64,000 nt of DNA from the human T2T-CHM13v2.0 reference genome, Homo sapiens, in assembly GCF_009914755.1 (NCBI RefSeq), contig NC_060929.1; one strand, 5' to 3'. Numbering within the stretch: the stretch's first letter is position 1; every line of letters begins with the position of its first letter. Both the position numbers and the translations under genes were made by a program. Of this stretch, positions 30,560-44,605 are shown one piece after another. Under the pieces are notes generated by a model. The model ran no database searches and was not told the DNA's origin. It worked only from the letters and a program-made list of their open reading frames with translations.

Positions 30560-31097
30560 ATTAGTTACTTATTGCTGCATTCAAACTATTCCAAAACCTA
30601 GCAGCTTAAAACAGCACATATCTATTATTGCACAGTAGTTTGCGTCTGTCAGGAATTGAGCACAGCTTACGTGTTCCTCTGATTCAGGGTCTCCCGCAAG
30701 GCTGTAGTTAAGGTGTTGACAGAGGCAGTGTGGTCTCCTCTAAAGGCTCCGTTGGGGGAAAGATCTGCTTCCAAGCCCACATGGCTTTGGCAGGATTCAG
30801 TTCCTCCTGCCAAGCTTGTTGGGCTGAGGATCTTGATTCCTCCCTGGCTATGCGCTGAAGGCTCCTTTGTCACATGGACTTCTCTAATGTGGCAGCTGGC
30901 TTCATCAAAGTGTGCACACTGAGAAAGCAATAGGGACATCTGCTAGCAAGAGAGAAGTTGGAATCTTTTATAACCGCATCGCTGAAGTGGCATCCTCTCA
31001 CTAGGTCCACCTCACACTTCGGGGGAAGGATTATACAAGAATATGAACGCTAGGAGATGTGGGTCCTTGGGGGCCACCTTAGAAGTCTGCTCATACA
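30560..31097 (-). mobile_element. MLT1-family solo LTR
   Basis: ttagttacttattgctgca...gcagcttaaaaca...ttggcaggattcagttcct...ggggccaccttagaagtctgc. Confidence 0.75.
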
Positions 31098-32706
31098 GAT
31101 AGGGATAAGACCTGCCTACTCCAGTCCCCAGAGAAGGTACATAGTTTTTCATCTGGTGTAGGCTGGGTTGTTTCTGTGGGATATCGGGAAATAATGTGCA
31201 TAGAACAAGGCTTGGAACACTACCTTAGTCCTGGTACTGTGATTTTGATTTTTAATATGCTGAGTTTGAAATTACGAAGGAGCTTAAATGAAAACATTCA
31301 GTCAGTTGTTGCTCGATGAGAGTTGTTTTAACGTTTCTTATGAGCCAGCTCTAGACTTAGATATTTTATAGGATTATCTCATCTTAAACCTTGTAACAAT
31401 TCTACGAGGAAGGCATTGTTACCTGAAATTTGTGGATGAGGAAACAGAGGTAGAGAGGACTTAGGTAACTTTTCAGTGTCTGAGCATCCCAGTACCCTAA
31501 GCAACTCCCCCGCATTCCCGCTATTGCTTGACTCATCCAATTGCAGTCTCCATCTCAAAGGGGACAGGGCTCTGTGCTTCAGCACTTCAGGGACAGTGGT
31601 AGCTTCCACTTCCCACGCACCCCTCGCATCTGCTAACTCTCTCTGGGGTTGGCCCCAAATGCATACTATTGGCCTCTGTCTGTTTCCACCTCTCCATCCT
31701 GCTCCCTTGGATGGAGTGCTTCATGGTGACTCTCTCCCTGGGTCCTGACTCACTCCTTCTCCCCACAGTCATGACAAACTGTGTTCTTCCTTCACTACTT
31801 GTAATGGGTTCTAGAAGCTCAGTCCAAGTTAGAGAGAAGGCTCTAACCCACTGGATTACTCTAAGCTCACTGAGCTGGTGAGAGATAGAGCCAGGATTCA
31901 ACCCACCTTCTTTGTCCTACCTCATTCTGGCTCCCTGGTTGACCATCAAAGTAAACACTTAATTCAAACTCTGAACTCAAACACTATTTTCGGATTATTC
32001 TCTCCATGGTCTAAATAATCTCAGTTTGATGAAATATGTAAAATGGAGTGGAAGAAATGAATAACATTCCTATGATGGCTGTAGGGATGTCACTGTTGGG
32101 AGTGGAGGTCAGGATAGGAGTGGTGGGCACCAGGAACTCGGAGCAATGGTAGGGAGAGGCAGCAGGGTGCAGGCACCACGCACGCCCCAGGGGTTTAATT
32201 CCACTGCTCCTCTTGGGGGAAAAGGTGTCTCTACCTCTGGTTATGTTCCTGCCATTGCCAGAATGCCTGAGACACCAAGCACAGGACCCAGCAGGAGCCT
32301 CACCCACAAAACCATGCGTCTGCCTGAAAGGATGAAAGACAAACGTGTTTTCCAAGTTGATTTCAGAAAAAGATAAGCAAAGCAAAGAAAGAAACAGTCA
32401 TTCTGCTCCTCATGCTACTTCATAAGAAGCAGATTGGGGATCTTGTGCAGCACTTCTAAAAGTTCTCAGTACCAGTGCAGGAACTCCAGCGCCCATGTTC
32501 ACTACTTCAGTCATCCCGGTGGGGCTCCAGCTGGGCTCAAAGAGCCCTGCATTTGCTAAATAGAGTATCATCATAATTAAAAATGGTGACATGATTTTAC
32601 AAAGTTTTGTGATCAATGGTCCTCTTAGATAAATTATTAGTTGTGGGTTTTTTTTTCCTTTTCAACTCATTTTCAGTGTATCCTTCTAAGGAAAAAATGA
32701 AGGTCT

Positions 32707-32732
32707 GGGTCAGGGTCAGGGTCAGGGTTAGG
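32707..32732 (+). repeat. (GGGTCA)3 GGGTTAGG telomere-variant hexamer tract
   Basis: Read directly. Confidence 0.9.
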
Positions 32733-35700
32733 ATCAGAGTATAGGTTAGGATTCTTCTACAGGTTTGGCATCCTAGATACAATTAATTCAACGAGCATTT
32801 TCCCCCTCTGGAAACCTGCTAGTCTCCTGGCCCCAGGGGCACCTCTTGCTAATAACTCTCTTCCTATCTTATGCACTGCTCCCTCTCAGTCTTCTGTGGG
32901 GCTCCTTCACTTTTTTCAGGCTCTACCTACCGGATTGCCCCAGGACTCAGTCCTGAGCTTGCTGTTCTTCTCTACCATGATATAGATGTTCCCATTCAGC
33001 CCATGGCTTTACTCATCCACGTGCTGATGACTCAAATTGTATCTGCAGCATCAGTAGCTTCCCAGAGCTACAAAATCACAAGTGTGACATGTTTAAATAG
33101 GAACAGATTTTCTTTCCCTTATCAATAATCAGATCACCTTTTCTCTAACTTCCTCAGCAATCAAGATGTAGCTGTGAGACTGAAAACAATGTTTACAATC
33201 CTTAATATATTTAGGATTTAATATACAAAGAGATTTTATGAAATTTCGTGAACAATGGTTCTCAGATAAATTATGAGATTTTTTTTTTTTCCTTTCAACT
33301 CATCCTCAGTATCTTTTTAAGGAAGAAACGAGGGTCTGACTCTGATAGTTGGGCTGTGGTCTTGCTGCCCCCAGGCAGGAGAAGAATGAACCAGGAGGAA
33401 TAAAAGTTGGAAGCCCCACTTATCTGGTACCAAGGGATCAGAGGCAGACATGTGGGTGCTGACCTCCCCTCTCCGAACTTCTGGCCAATCAGGGGAAGAT
33501 GGGTTATAGCTCTTCAGGGGAATGCTGAGAGGAGAGTTTTTGCCTGATTTATTTTAGGAGCTCTGGGAGGAGATCATCACCCAACTGGCCTTTTTGCCAC
33601 CGACCTGGGCAGTGGGAAGGAGGTGGCAGGCAAATATATCAGAGTACAATCAGTGGCACAGCTGGGTCAGGCAGAGACAGGGCTGGATTGTAGCTAAGCT
33701 ACCTTAAGGTCCCCTGTGGTAAGGATGGGATGCAGAAATTCCCACATGTTGCCAAAGTGTCAGTGGACCATATCTAGGTGGAAAGCTAGTGGACATTCAC
33801 AGGGCCTGTGGCTGCAAGGGGCACAGTGGGCCATTGAACCAGGGGCTGGGTGGAGAATATGACAGACAGCTAGAGGGGTGCACAGGGCAATCCAACACGG
33901 GGCTGAGTCAGCCAGGGAGTCCCAAGCATCCACCAAGCCCTCACCAAGCCACACTGGCTGCCAACTTCAACAGTGAATGCCAGCGGGGCCAGTGATGACC
34001 AGGACTTTGCAAATAAGGTGCATGACTATGGAGTTCAGAGGAGGCGAGACACTAAAATTCACTGACTCTTTCCGGGCCCTGCTGGAGGGCACTATAGGCT
34101 CCTGGCATCTTGGAGAACAGGAGTGATGGGCTGAACATCTGAGAGATTGCACCTGTTTAAATGCTGCCCTCAGGAGAAGAATCCCAGGCTGGACTAACTC
34201 TAGTTCCCTCCCCGACTCAACCCCCATCCCACCGGGTCCAGCAGTCATGAAGAAGATCCAAGAGGATATATTGTATTGCACTTCTAGGTTACACTTAATG
34301 CAGTCACAAATTTCTGCAACTCATAAATCTGATTGTTGACATCTAACATGAATCTTAGACCAAACCTAGCTTAAACTGAATTCTTCTTCCCTCCCTGCCT
34401 ACTAAACAACAACAATAACAACAAAAAAACCACTCCACTCTTAATTTTCCCTGCCTTAGGCAGTGGCAGCGTATCCTCCCATGAGTTTAAGTCTCCCGGT
34501 TGATTCCTCCTTTCCCGTCACCCTGCACATCTCGTCCATCAGTATGTCTTGCCAGCTCTACCTCCAGGCACATCCTAAATCCACCCCGTTCTCTCTTTCT
34601 CCACCACCGCTATTATCCTTACAAAGATTACTGCAATGTCCTCTTCCTTGTTCCCACCTCTGAGGCAGCTTCCATATGGTGCTTTGTATGCAATAAAAAA
34701 AAGACAGCCCTTTCTACACGTGAGCACAGTCCCAGGCTAGACATGGAGCTTGGTGAATGGGCAAGGGCTGGATCTCAACCTCTACACATCTGCTCTGCCC
34801 GGCACCATTGTGTGGACTCCAACCTATCAAAACCCAGCCAGCAGTCTTCCTCGCTTCTCTGCTTGCACCCTATGATTCAGTATCCACCAGCAGCCAGAGG
34901 GATCTTTTAAAGATATAAATTAGATCTCACTGCCCTGCTGAATATCCTCAATGTCTTCCCAACACTCTTAGAACCGTATTTCAACTTCCCACCATGGCCT
35001 GTGATGCCCTGCACACTGGGACCCTGCTTCCTTCTCTAGCCTTGCCATTCTCCCTCACTATCACCCTCTTTTCCTCCCACATGACACCAGACCATTGCTT
35101 TTGCTTTTTCTGTTTTGCCAAACTGGAATACACAGGCTGGCTCCTTCTTCTCATCTAGGTTTGGGCTCAAACGTCACATCCTCAGTAAGGATTTTCCTAA
35201 CTGACGCCATTCATATTATCCTCCTCCCACATCTTCTGTCATATTACATGTTTTTTTCTTGATGTTTATCAACCCCTAAAATCATTTATTCATTCGCGTA
35301 TTTCTTGTTTCTTCCTCTTTTAATTCTGCAAGAATAAAAATTTCAAAAGCAGGGACCATTTCTGTCAGGTCCGCCTTTATTTTCAGGATCTTAAACACTG
35401 AATGGCACAAATTTGTGGAATGAACACTTGACTTAAAGAATCAATGGTGAAAATTTCATGTGATGTTATTGTAGGTGTCTCATAAAAAGACAGTTAAGTT
35501 GTTGCTAACCAGCAAAGCCAAGGCTTTAGTATTTCTCAGAAAGACAGTGACGTGGATCTAGAGACACACAGATGGAAGAATAGAAGTAAGAAATCATTAA
35601 AAATTCACTGGACAGTGAACCAGCCACTCAGGTTATCCAGTTTTCAGCAATAAATTGCATGGCAAGTTGATGTCAGTGCTGTGAGTGCATCTTAACAGAT

Positions 35701-35849
35701 TTCATACTTCAGTATTCTAAATATTTCAAAAGTTCAAAAATAGTTTCTATAATGTACTATGCTTGGAATAAAAAACTGTTCATGAAAATATCAATAAAAC
35801 CCATTTATAACTAAAATTGGATCTTCTAGATTACCACATGTTAAACTAA

Positions 35850-36176
<327 letters not shown>

Positions 36177-39100
36177 TGAAAACCCTATTTTAATATCTGA
36201 ATTCACATGGCATATTCTATTTGGTTAATTCAATTAGGGTAATAATGAAACATCCCTCCCTTCCCTTTTTCACAATGTCTAAATTTTAACTAAATACAGC
36301 ATGAGAAAAGACACTCTTCAGTTATGTGATTATGATACTAAGGAATCATTTAGGGTGTTGCCTTTCATTACTGAATTTGAAACTAGAAAATAGCAAGTTT
36401 TCAAGTGGTTGAGTGCTTTTACGAAGTCATAGAAAACAAATTCTTTTGATAACCATCTTTTCTTCTGACTCTGAAACTTTATTCACCATTTATGTGCATC
36501 CTGTTTGTGGTTTAAATAAAATCTGATCACAAAGAATGATACAACACATACTAAACAATAGTTAGAATCATCTTAAAAATTATTCATCATTAAATGTTCA
36601 AGTTTACTAAAACATTATTCATGGTGTTACCAAATCCAGGAACTGCTTACTTATATACAATTTACTCTAATATACAGCCCTTGCAAACGAATATTACTAA
36701 TGATGACTGAGCCTCGTCATGACCAGTTCACAGAACTACTACAGTGAGGGCATTTATCGAATGTCACCATCTTCTGTTACCTCATTTGCTCCAAATCTTC
36801 AGCCCTACCATGATGACCCTGTGGTCTGAGGCTCTGCCTTGAGGTTTCTCTTCTCACAGTTTCTTCTGTTCAATTTAGGAAAAGCAGTAGTTGCACAGTG
36901 GGCTAGGTCTTGTAGACATATTTTCAGATCACTGTAAGATACTGGTTATTAAATGTAAGCTCTGTTGAACAGTAGGAAAAACAATTTTTACTTGAAATCC
37001 ACTCTACTTTTCTACCTTCTTTTCTTCATCCTTCCTTCTTTTTTTCTTTCCTTCTTTTCATCTTTCCTTCAAATATCTATTGTGTTTCCATTATGCAGGA
37101 AGTCTAGCATGAGACAACTACTTATGAACCATGAAAAACCCTGTTGCTATGCCTAGAACAGAGTAGATCTTCCATTGGAGGGGGAAAAAAAAGAATGAAA
37201 CACATGGTTTCTACCTTTGATGCTGACATGATTGAATCTTTTATTTGAACTTACCTAGACACCAACCAACTAATCTAAGCTCTCGTGTCATATCTTAGAG
37301 TCCTTAAGAAATGGTCCTCTATCTTTTGCTTAAATGAATGGATTTTTCCGTGTTGTAGTATGGTAGGGGAAGAGAACTGTACTATTATTCAGAAAATGTG
37401 GGATAATTCCCAAGAGAGGGTGTATAAAGCTCAGTGTAGTAGCAAATGCGTTGGAATGGAAATCAGTAGACCCGACTTCAAATCAAGATTTTGTTTCCAA
37501 CAGGCTGTATAACCTTAAATCAGTCACTCCCTCCATATGAGCCTCACTTTCCACATTTGAAGAATGAGAAGATATATGATTACTTGGAATTCTTTTAAAC
37601 AAAAGTGACAGGAACCCAGCTAAAACTAGTTCAGGCAAAAAAGAGAATTTTTCAACTAAACATCTTCAGACATGGCTGGATCCAGGAATTTAAACCACGG
37701 CACTAGAACATTGTCTTGTTCTCAGCTGTGCATATTTCTGTGTTGGCCATTTCTCACCTCCTGTAAATGGGCTTCCACTATGGGCCTAAGGGAAGCAGCC
37801 ACTGGTAACTTTAAGTTATCATCCCAGCTTCTTAATTCCTAGAGGAAAAGACTTTAATTCCCAAGATCTGTGGCTCAGTCTGAGGGAAGAACTCAGGTTG
37901 GCTGTGCCCTGTTCACACTCCTATCCTCTGAAACTATCTCTGTTGCTAGGGGAGTAGGGTCCTACCGTTGGTCAAATGTGGAACTTATGTCCACCTCTTA
38001 ATTGGGTGGGGGATGAATTTTCTTGGTTCCTGATCTATTGTCCATTTTCTGGCCACAGAAATAACTAGAAAGCATTAAGATAGCGCAAGTTTTGCCGTCA
38101 GCCTTTCCAGGCAATGTTTCTCCGTGCCTCTGATAGATTAGGAGACACGGAACCAGTGAGGCATTTTATCTATAAAGCAAAATTATTACTCATGTCCTTT
38201 GCTCATATATCTGTCATGTTCTAAGGAATAATAGTAAGTTTTGTTACTCACTAGGAAGGTTTCTATTTTACAAAGAGATAAAGTACTTACCCAAAGTGAA
38301 ATGTCTGTATTGTGACAAAGTCTAGGGCTACAACTCACACTACCTTCCCCCAACCAGGGTCCTCTCCACACTACCATGCTTTCTCTTTGGTTGAGCAGAG
38401 AATACTGTTTTACCATTTTGGCGCCTGTGGTCATGGGGGTACTCCAGTTTAGAGGCAGTGATAAGTTAGTTCCTCCAGGCCCAACTTAAATCTTCTTAAG
38501 TATTCTATATTATTTATATTCCTAAAACATGAGTATTTTTAGAGCATCCTGACCGACAAGCTCAGTCAAATATTACTAGTCTAGACTAAGAGGAAGTGCA
38601 GAATGAGTTACAGGATCTTTTGCAAGAAAGGTAGTCTGGGCATTTCCAAGTACACACAAAAATTAAGACATGGAATCTGTACCGAGAAGCTCGCAGATCA
38701 GCAGATGACTTTTTGAAACCTCAATTTCCTCATGTATAAAATGAAGGAGTTAGACTAAATGACTTCTAAGGTCTTCTAGGAGTCTGTGAACACGATTAAG
38801 GCCTGTTGGAGCTTCTTTCAGTCTCTAGACCCATGGAGCAGAGTTCATTTTAATAAGCAGAGAAGTTATATGCTGAAGATGGTTGGGGTGCATGGGTTGT
38901 GTCTGTCGTACTCAACTTTATCTCCAGGGCATTGGCAGTCAGAGTCCTGACCCCAAACCACAGAGGCTGAACCTGGCTTTTTGATTCCTGAAATTTCAGC
39001 ATGGGGACTTCATTCGTTTCACCCTCTCCAAAAAGACAAACAACAACCTTGGAAGAGGCAGCTTGTATAAGCTGTGATCAGAGGCTTTCCTGGTGTTGGT

Positions 39101-39927
39101 TTTGAAAGGAAGAGGCACAATGGCTCTGGACATCAGCAGAGGAGATTTAAGGTTCTGAGGGGCATGGCAGTAAGAGACCAAGGCATCCAAGCCACATGCT
39201 AAACATCTGGCAAGTGTGTGAAGGCTCAGTCTCATAAAAAACACTTGCCTTTACATTCTAAGTGTGGTCAACACAGAGCACATGTGTTACTCGCATTGTG
39301 ACCTCAGGAAAACACTTTTGGTTAACCGCCAAGATTGAGGCTCACTTTTTTCTCAGCGCCTTCCCTGAATAGTCTGTTCAACCATGATATGCCCACGGAG
39401 ACAGGAAGAACCAAGTAAAGTTAAGCGAGGTGACTGACTGGCCCAAGGTCACCGTGAGATTGTGCTCATAGTCTACATGTCATGCCACTTTTTTTCTTAT
39501 GCTAATAAGCCAGGCAACGATAGACTTTCCCAGGCTTCAATGACATATTGTAAATGTCAAACTGCTGCTTGAGCTTATCTTGCATTTTTATGTTTCAATA
39601 CAAATGTGTCAAGAGCCACTGAGATCTTGAATCTATTAAGCCTTTCATTGCTACCTGATGTATAACAGTGATGTATAAATCCATGTAATTACAGTACTCT
39701 TTTTTCGGTAACACATTTTTAAGATGTTCAAATGAAAGGTGTTATTTAATACTTAATTTCTGAGAAATGGAAAATGTATAATGATTATATGCTGTCTTTA
39801 GTCTAAAATGGGAGCGTTCTATCTGTAAGTCTATATTGGTACTTGTGCTGTTTTTCCTAGATGGGGGTGGAGGGGGTTAGTGGTGGTGACAAGTTATAAC
39901 AACCTGTCCATAAGTGCTATTATCTAC

Positions 39928-39985
39928 CAATCAATCAATCAATCTATTTATCTATCTATTGATCCATCTATCTATCTATCATCGA
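39928..39985. repeat. (CAAT)n/(TATC)n degenerate tetranucleotide repeat
   Basis: Read directly. Confidence 0.8.
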
Positions 39986-40049
39986 TGGATTGATGTATCT
40001 ATCTCCCTACCTATCCTCTGTCTACTGGAACAATTTTGGTAGATGATAG

Positions 40050-41190
40050 AGCATTCATTCATTCATCACCTCTATAATTATGCATTGAGTACCCACCATG
40101 CCAGGCGCTACTCTAAGTAGTCAGGATACGGCAGTGAACAAAACAGACAAAATCCCTACCTGCCTGGAGCTTACCTTCTAAGGAGAGAGACAGAACTAAC
40201 TGCAAAACAGCAGTTAGTTCTAAGCAGGAAATAAAGCAGATATCCTTTGAGTAGAGCCCTGAAGGAGGAAAGGGAGTGACCCTCACAGATAACTGTGGAA
40301 AGAGCATTCCAGGTAGTGGGAGCAGTGAGTATGAAGGCCCCAAGGGTGGATTGGGCCTGGAAGGTTTGAGGAACAGCAAGGAGGAGACCCCTATGACTAG
40401 GGCAGAGGGAAGGAGGGAGGAGGTAGCAGAAGACAAAGTCAAAGAGGAGAGGAGGAGGGGAGGAGGTCAGATTGGGAGAGGTTGCATAAGTCCTTCTAAG
40501 GACTTACTTGGCTTTTACTCAGAATGAGAGGAAGCTTTTGGAGGGTTTTGAGCAGATGTGTGGCATGAGCTGACATTTTAACAGGACTCCTAGCTGTGTA
40601 CTAAGAAGACGCTGTAGGGAGCAAGGTGGAGGTGGTGAGGCCAGCTAGGAGCCTGCTGCACACTCCAGGTGAGAGACGGTGATGCCTTGGACCCAGATAG
40701 TGGTGGTCAGCCCATTGAGAAGTCTTCAGAATTCTACAACCCATCTTCTGCTGACAGATGAGAAGTAGAATGTGAAAGAGAATAGAGGAGTCAGAGACGA
40801 TTCCAAAGTTTTGGGCCTGAGCAACTGAAAACATGGAATTGCTATTCACTGAGGTAGGAAGACAAGTTTTAAAGGAGATCTGGAATTCACTGTGGACATG
40901 TATGAGGTGACTATTAAAATCAACGAGGAGTCCAGTAGACAGCTGGATATAAACATCTGCAGTTCAAGTGAACTGTATCTCCAGGGCTGGAGATACAGAA
41001 CTGGGATCAATCACACAGGACACTGCACTTAAAGCCATGAGATGGGACGGCACCCCAAGGGAATGGGCGCAGGTAGACAGAAATGCTCCTGGGACTGAGT
41101 TGCAGAGCACTCCAGTATTTAGAGGTTGGGGACTTGAAGGGGATCAGCCAAGCAGAAGACTGGCTAGAGCAGTGGGGGGAATGTCAGAGG
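40050..41190 (-). mobile_element. L2 LINE 3' region
   Basis: (cattcatt)n tail, gagtacccaccatgccaggc...gtgaacaaaacagacaaaatccct...ggagcttac, and purine-rich L2 body. Confidence 0.85.
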
Positions 41191-41845
41191 CTAAGTTCAC
41201 CGTCTTTTACCATGAAATAGCACAAAATTAAGTAGCATACCCCAAAACCATTTTACGTTAATTGATCTCTATTTAGAAGAATGTGTGCGATTTGGCCTGA
41301 GAGTCAGACAAAGCAATGCTAAGGGAGATTCTATTGCATCACGCAACCACGGAACTCTATTTAGATATGCCTTCCATCATGTTTTCTACTTTAAAAGAGG
41401 ATGCGCACCAAAGCCTTAAAACCAAAGCATTTGATTTAAAAACTATTTGGATATATTTTTTCTGCTTAATTCAAGAATATAATAATTACAGTTCTCAACA
41501 TACTTCTACCAAATAATACCAAAAAGTATTCTGAATTAAATGTAGGTTGTGTGAAAATAGGTTTTGTATGCCTTCCAGAATTTAGAGGAATCTGAATTTG
41601 TGAAAATGATCATTTGCTCAAATGTATTACCTTTTATAATTAAATAATGCTTTAACTCCAACCTGAAAGCAATTAAGAAAAATACTAGGGATGCTATGAA
41701 TGTGGTATAAGCAATGTTGTGATGTATTAATTCAGTTTCTAGCACAATTTTCTAGTTAAGTAAAAATTCAAACAAGTGAAACTGGAGTATTATGCTCAGG
41801 GGTCAATGAAGTATTTGCACATCACTACCACTATTTGATAAAGAC

Positions 41846-41867
41846 AACATACATACATACATACATA

Positions 41868-41901
<34 letters not shown>

Positions 41902-41963
41902 TATATGTAGGAGGTAGCAGAAGACAAAGTCAAAGAGGAGGGGAGGAGGTCAGATTGGAGACA

Positions 41964-41997
<34 letters not shown>
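41846..41997. repeat. (CATA)/(CA)/(TA) microsatellite interrupted by a ~53-nt unique insert
   Basis: Read directly; the insert spans 41909-41961. Confidence 0.92.
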
Positions 41998-44605
41998 CAA
42001 GTTTAATATTAGTAAATTTTCCTGGATTGAAAATGAAAGCTCTGTTTGAAAGGGAAATGTGTCAATACAATAAGAGTTTGACAGGGTTCTCTTCTGAAGC
42101 ACCTGTATAATTATCCCACTAAAAGTAACAACACACTCTTAGGATGTGACTCAATAGCAATTCACTCGTGGTGAAATATACTTCAATCAACAGTGGATAG
42201 TATGATGATTTCCTTTCAAAAATTTGAAAAGTTCCCTAAAGGTAAGAATGGGTGGTAAATGTTGATAAAGAAAAATGAATATCAAAGTTTTTTCTAAAGA
42301 CTTTCTTTATTAAATATAAGGGCAACAATGCTTGACAAGGATTTGGGAATTTAAAGTATACTCTGACTATGATTCAATCCAAACTGAATATATATGCTGA
42401 GGATCATCACTGTGGGAAGAAAATACTTCTTCATACACAAGATCTGCTCCCCACTTCTGGAAAGAAATCTTTCCCTTGACACAAAATGTTCTGCATTCTC
42501 TAAAGAATGGACTTTTTCTCAAAGCCCAAGTTAGTGCCCACATCATTCCAAGTGCCAGATATTCATATAGTCAGGCAAGTGGGTTTCACTTAAATTTTTA
42601 TTTGTATATGCTCTGCACACCTCATCCCATTTTCGTAAGGTTCAAATACAAATGCACGTGAAGGATCTGAAGATGCCTTTCTCCCTACAAGTGCTGTTCT
42701 TTATTATTTTACTCAAAACAGGGAGTCCGTACTGGGAACTGTAAAAGTCAGACATCCTGTCCTCTATTTTAATTTCTATTTTTGTAATAACTTTTAACAC
42801 CACCATCTAGAAGACACGGTGGTAGGTGCTGGTGTGTTCAGAGATGATATGACCAGTAGTAAATATTTATTGTTGCAAGCACTTAGCTGCATTGTACGTA
42901 TAAGTGTGGGGCCCACAGTTTGTTCTCTTGCACTGTTCCCTGTCCTGGATTGGCTGCATAGTCCTTCACTGGCAAACCTTGTTGATATCAGTAAGTCTGA
43001 TTTCTTAAAGTCTTCTCAATACCTTGTTTATAAAGAGTTGCCTTATTTCTGTTGGCACTTGATTGGTGGGATTGCTGGCAGTATACCACTATCCTATGGC
43101 ATTTTAAATATTATATCTGTTAACTATTGTAGCTCTTTTCTATTTCCTCTGGGAAGTACTCTATTTTATGATTTTAGGGTAATTGGTAATACAGAGTATT
43201 CCTTCAATTAACTATAATCTTTTTTAAAAAATCACTTCAGAGCATTTTCTTTCTAGAACCAGTAAATCAAATTAATCAAAACCACTTAATTTTAAGTTCT
43301 TAATTTTTAATCTTAAAATATGTCAGTTTTCATAGGTTGTAAATTAACATGGGAGGACATGCCATAAACAAACAAATCAAAATTTAGTAGCTTGAAACAG
43401 TTCCCTGTTCTTTATAAGAAATATCTTTGTGTTAACATTTTCCTTTTGCTAAAAACACTATGAAATTTTTTTTTGGTAATGACTCCTTTTTGAAATGCAC
43501 TTTAAAATGACGGATCACCAGGACATCTATAAAACATGACGTACTAACCTACTTTTATTAGGTGATTTTGAAGGACTAACCCTGTTTCTCTTGATCCCAG
43601 ACTTATGCTGACAATCAAAGTAATAATACAGAGTTTTGTCTTTCATAAATAAAATGACTACAGAAAATTATCTCGAGATTAACAAAGTATTCCTATGAAA
43701 TTTTCAGTTAAACATGGCAATAAAATCACTTGCTTCTTTTTAAACAAAATATATTTGTAGAATTATTTTCCTTGAATTTCAGCTTTTGAAACCAAGTAAT
43801 CTGCAACGTTGGAAAACATGATTCAGTGTTACATTTTATTTTAAATATGTTGCAATGTGAAAGCTTTACTAGAAGAGCAATAGTAAAAAGCAATAGGTTA
43901 AAAATTATTTTTATTCCTTATTTTAAAAAGTGATAACTTCAGATCCATGAAGCTGTGCAAAAAAAGTCCACCATAAACCAGAAGAACATGTTGTTAATGA
44001 AATCTTGAGCTCCATACAATGCCCTTGACTTTATTCACTTTTCAACACAGAGTAATGGCTTTGAATCAATGTTGTCAGTGATGACTAAGCCTGACCCATT
44101 TAGAAATGCTTATTTCATAATTCCCCATTTACGAGGGCTTCATACTGTGGATAGAATGCAAAGAACAGCAAGCTCTTCTACATTTAGAGACACACTAGCT
44201 GGGACTTGTGATTTTAAAATGAATAGCCTTAATCTTGAAGTAAAGTTAAATAGCTCCTTTACTAATTTCCTTTAGGGAAAACTTAATCTAAAGAAATATG
44301 AAGTAAAAACTGTATCTCAAAAATGTTGAGAGATTTTTGCACAGGCAAGAAATCTTGACTGATGTAGATAATAGGCTATTTATATTTTAAATAGTAAAAA
44401 ACAAATTCTTAAAGGAAAAATATGATCAATCTTCAGGACATAATTAATCCATTGCAGGTTTAAATGAAATGAATTAGAACAGAGGGAAATCTTACAGTGT
44501 CTTTTTATGCTGGCAAGGTGTTTTGCAGTGTCCAAGGGAAAACATGTGCAAAATGTACCTGAACTTTTCTCTCGGAAGTGGGCAGTTTACATATTAAGCC
44601 ACATA

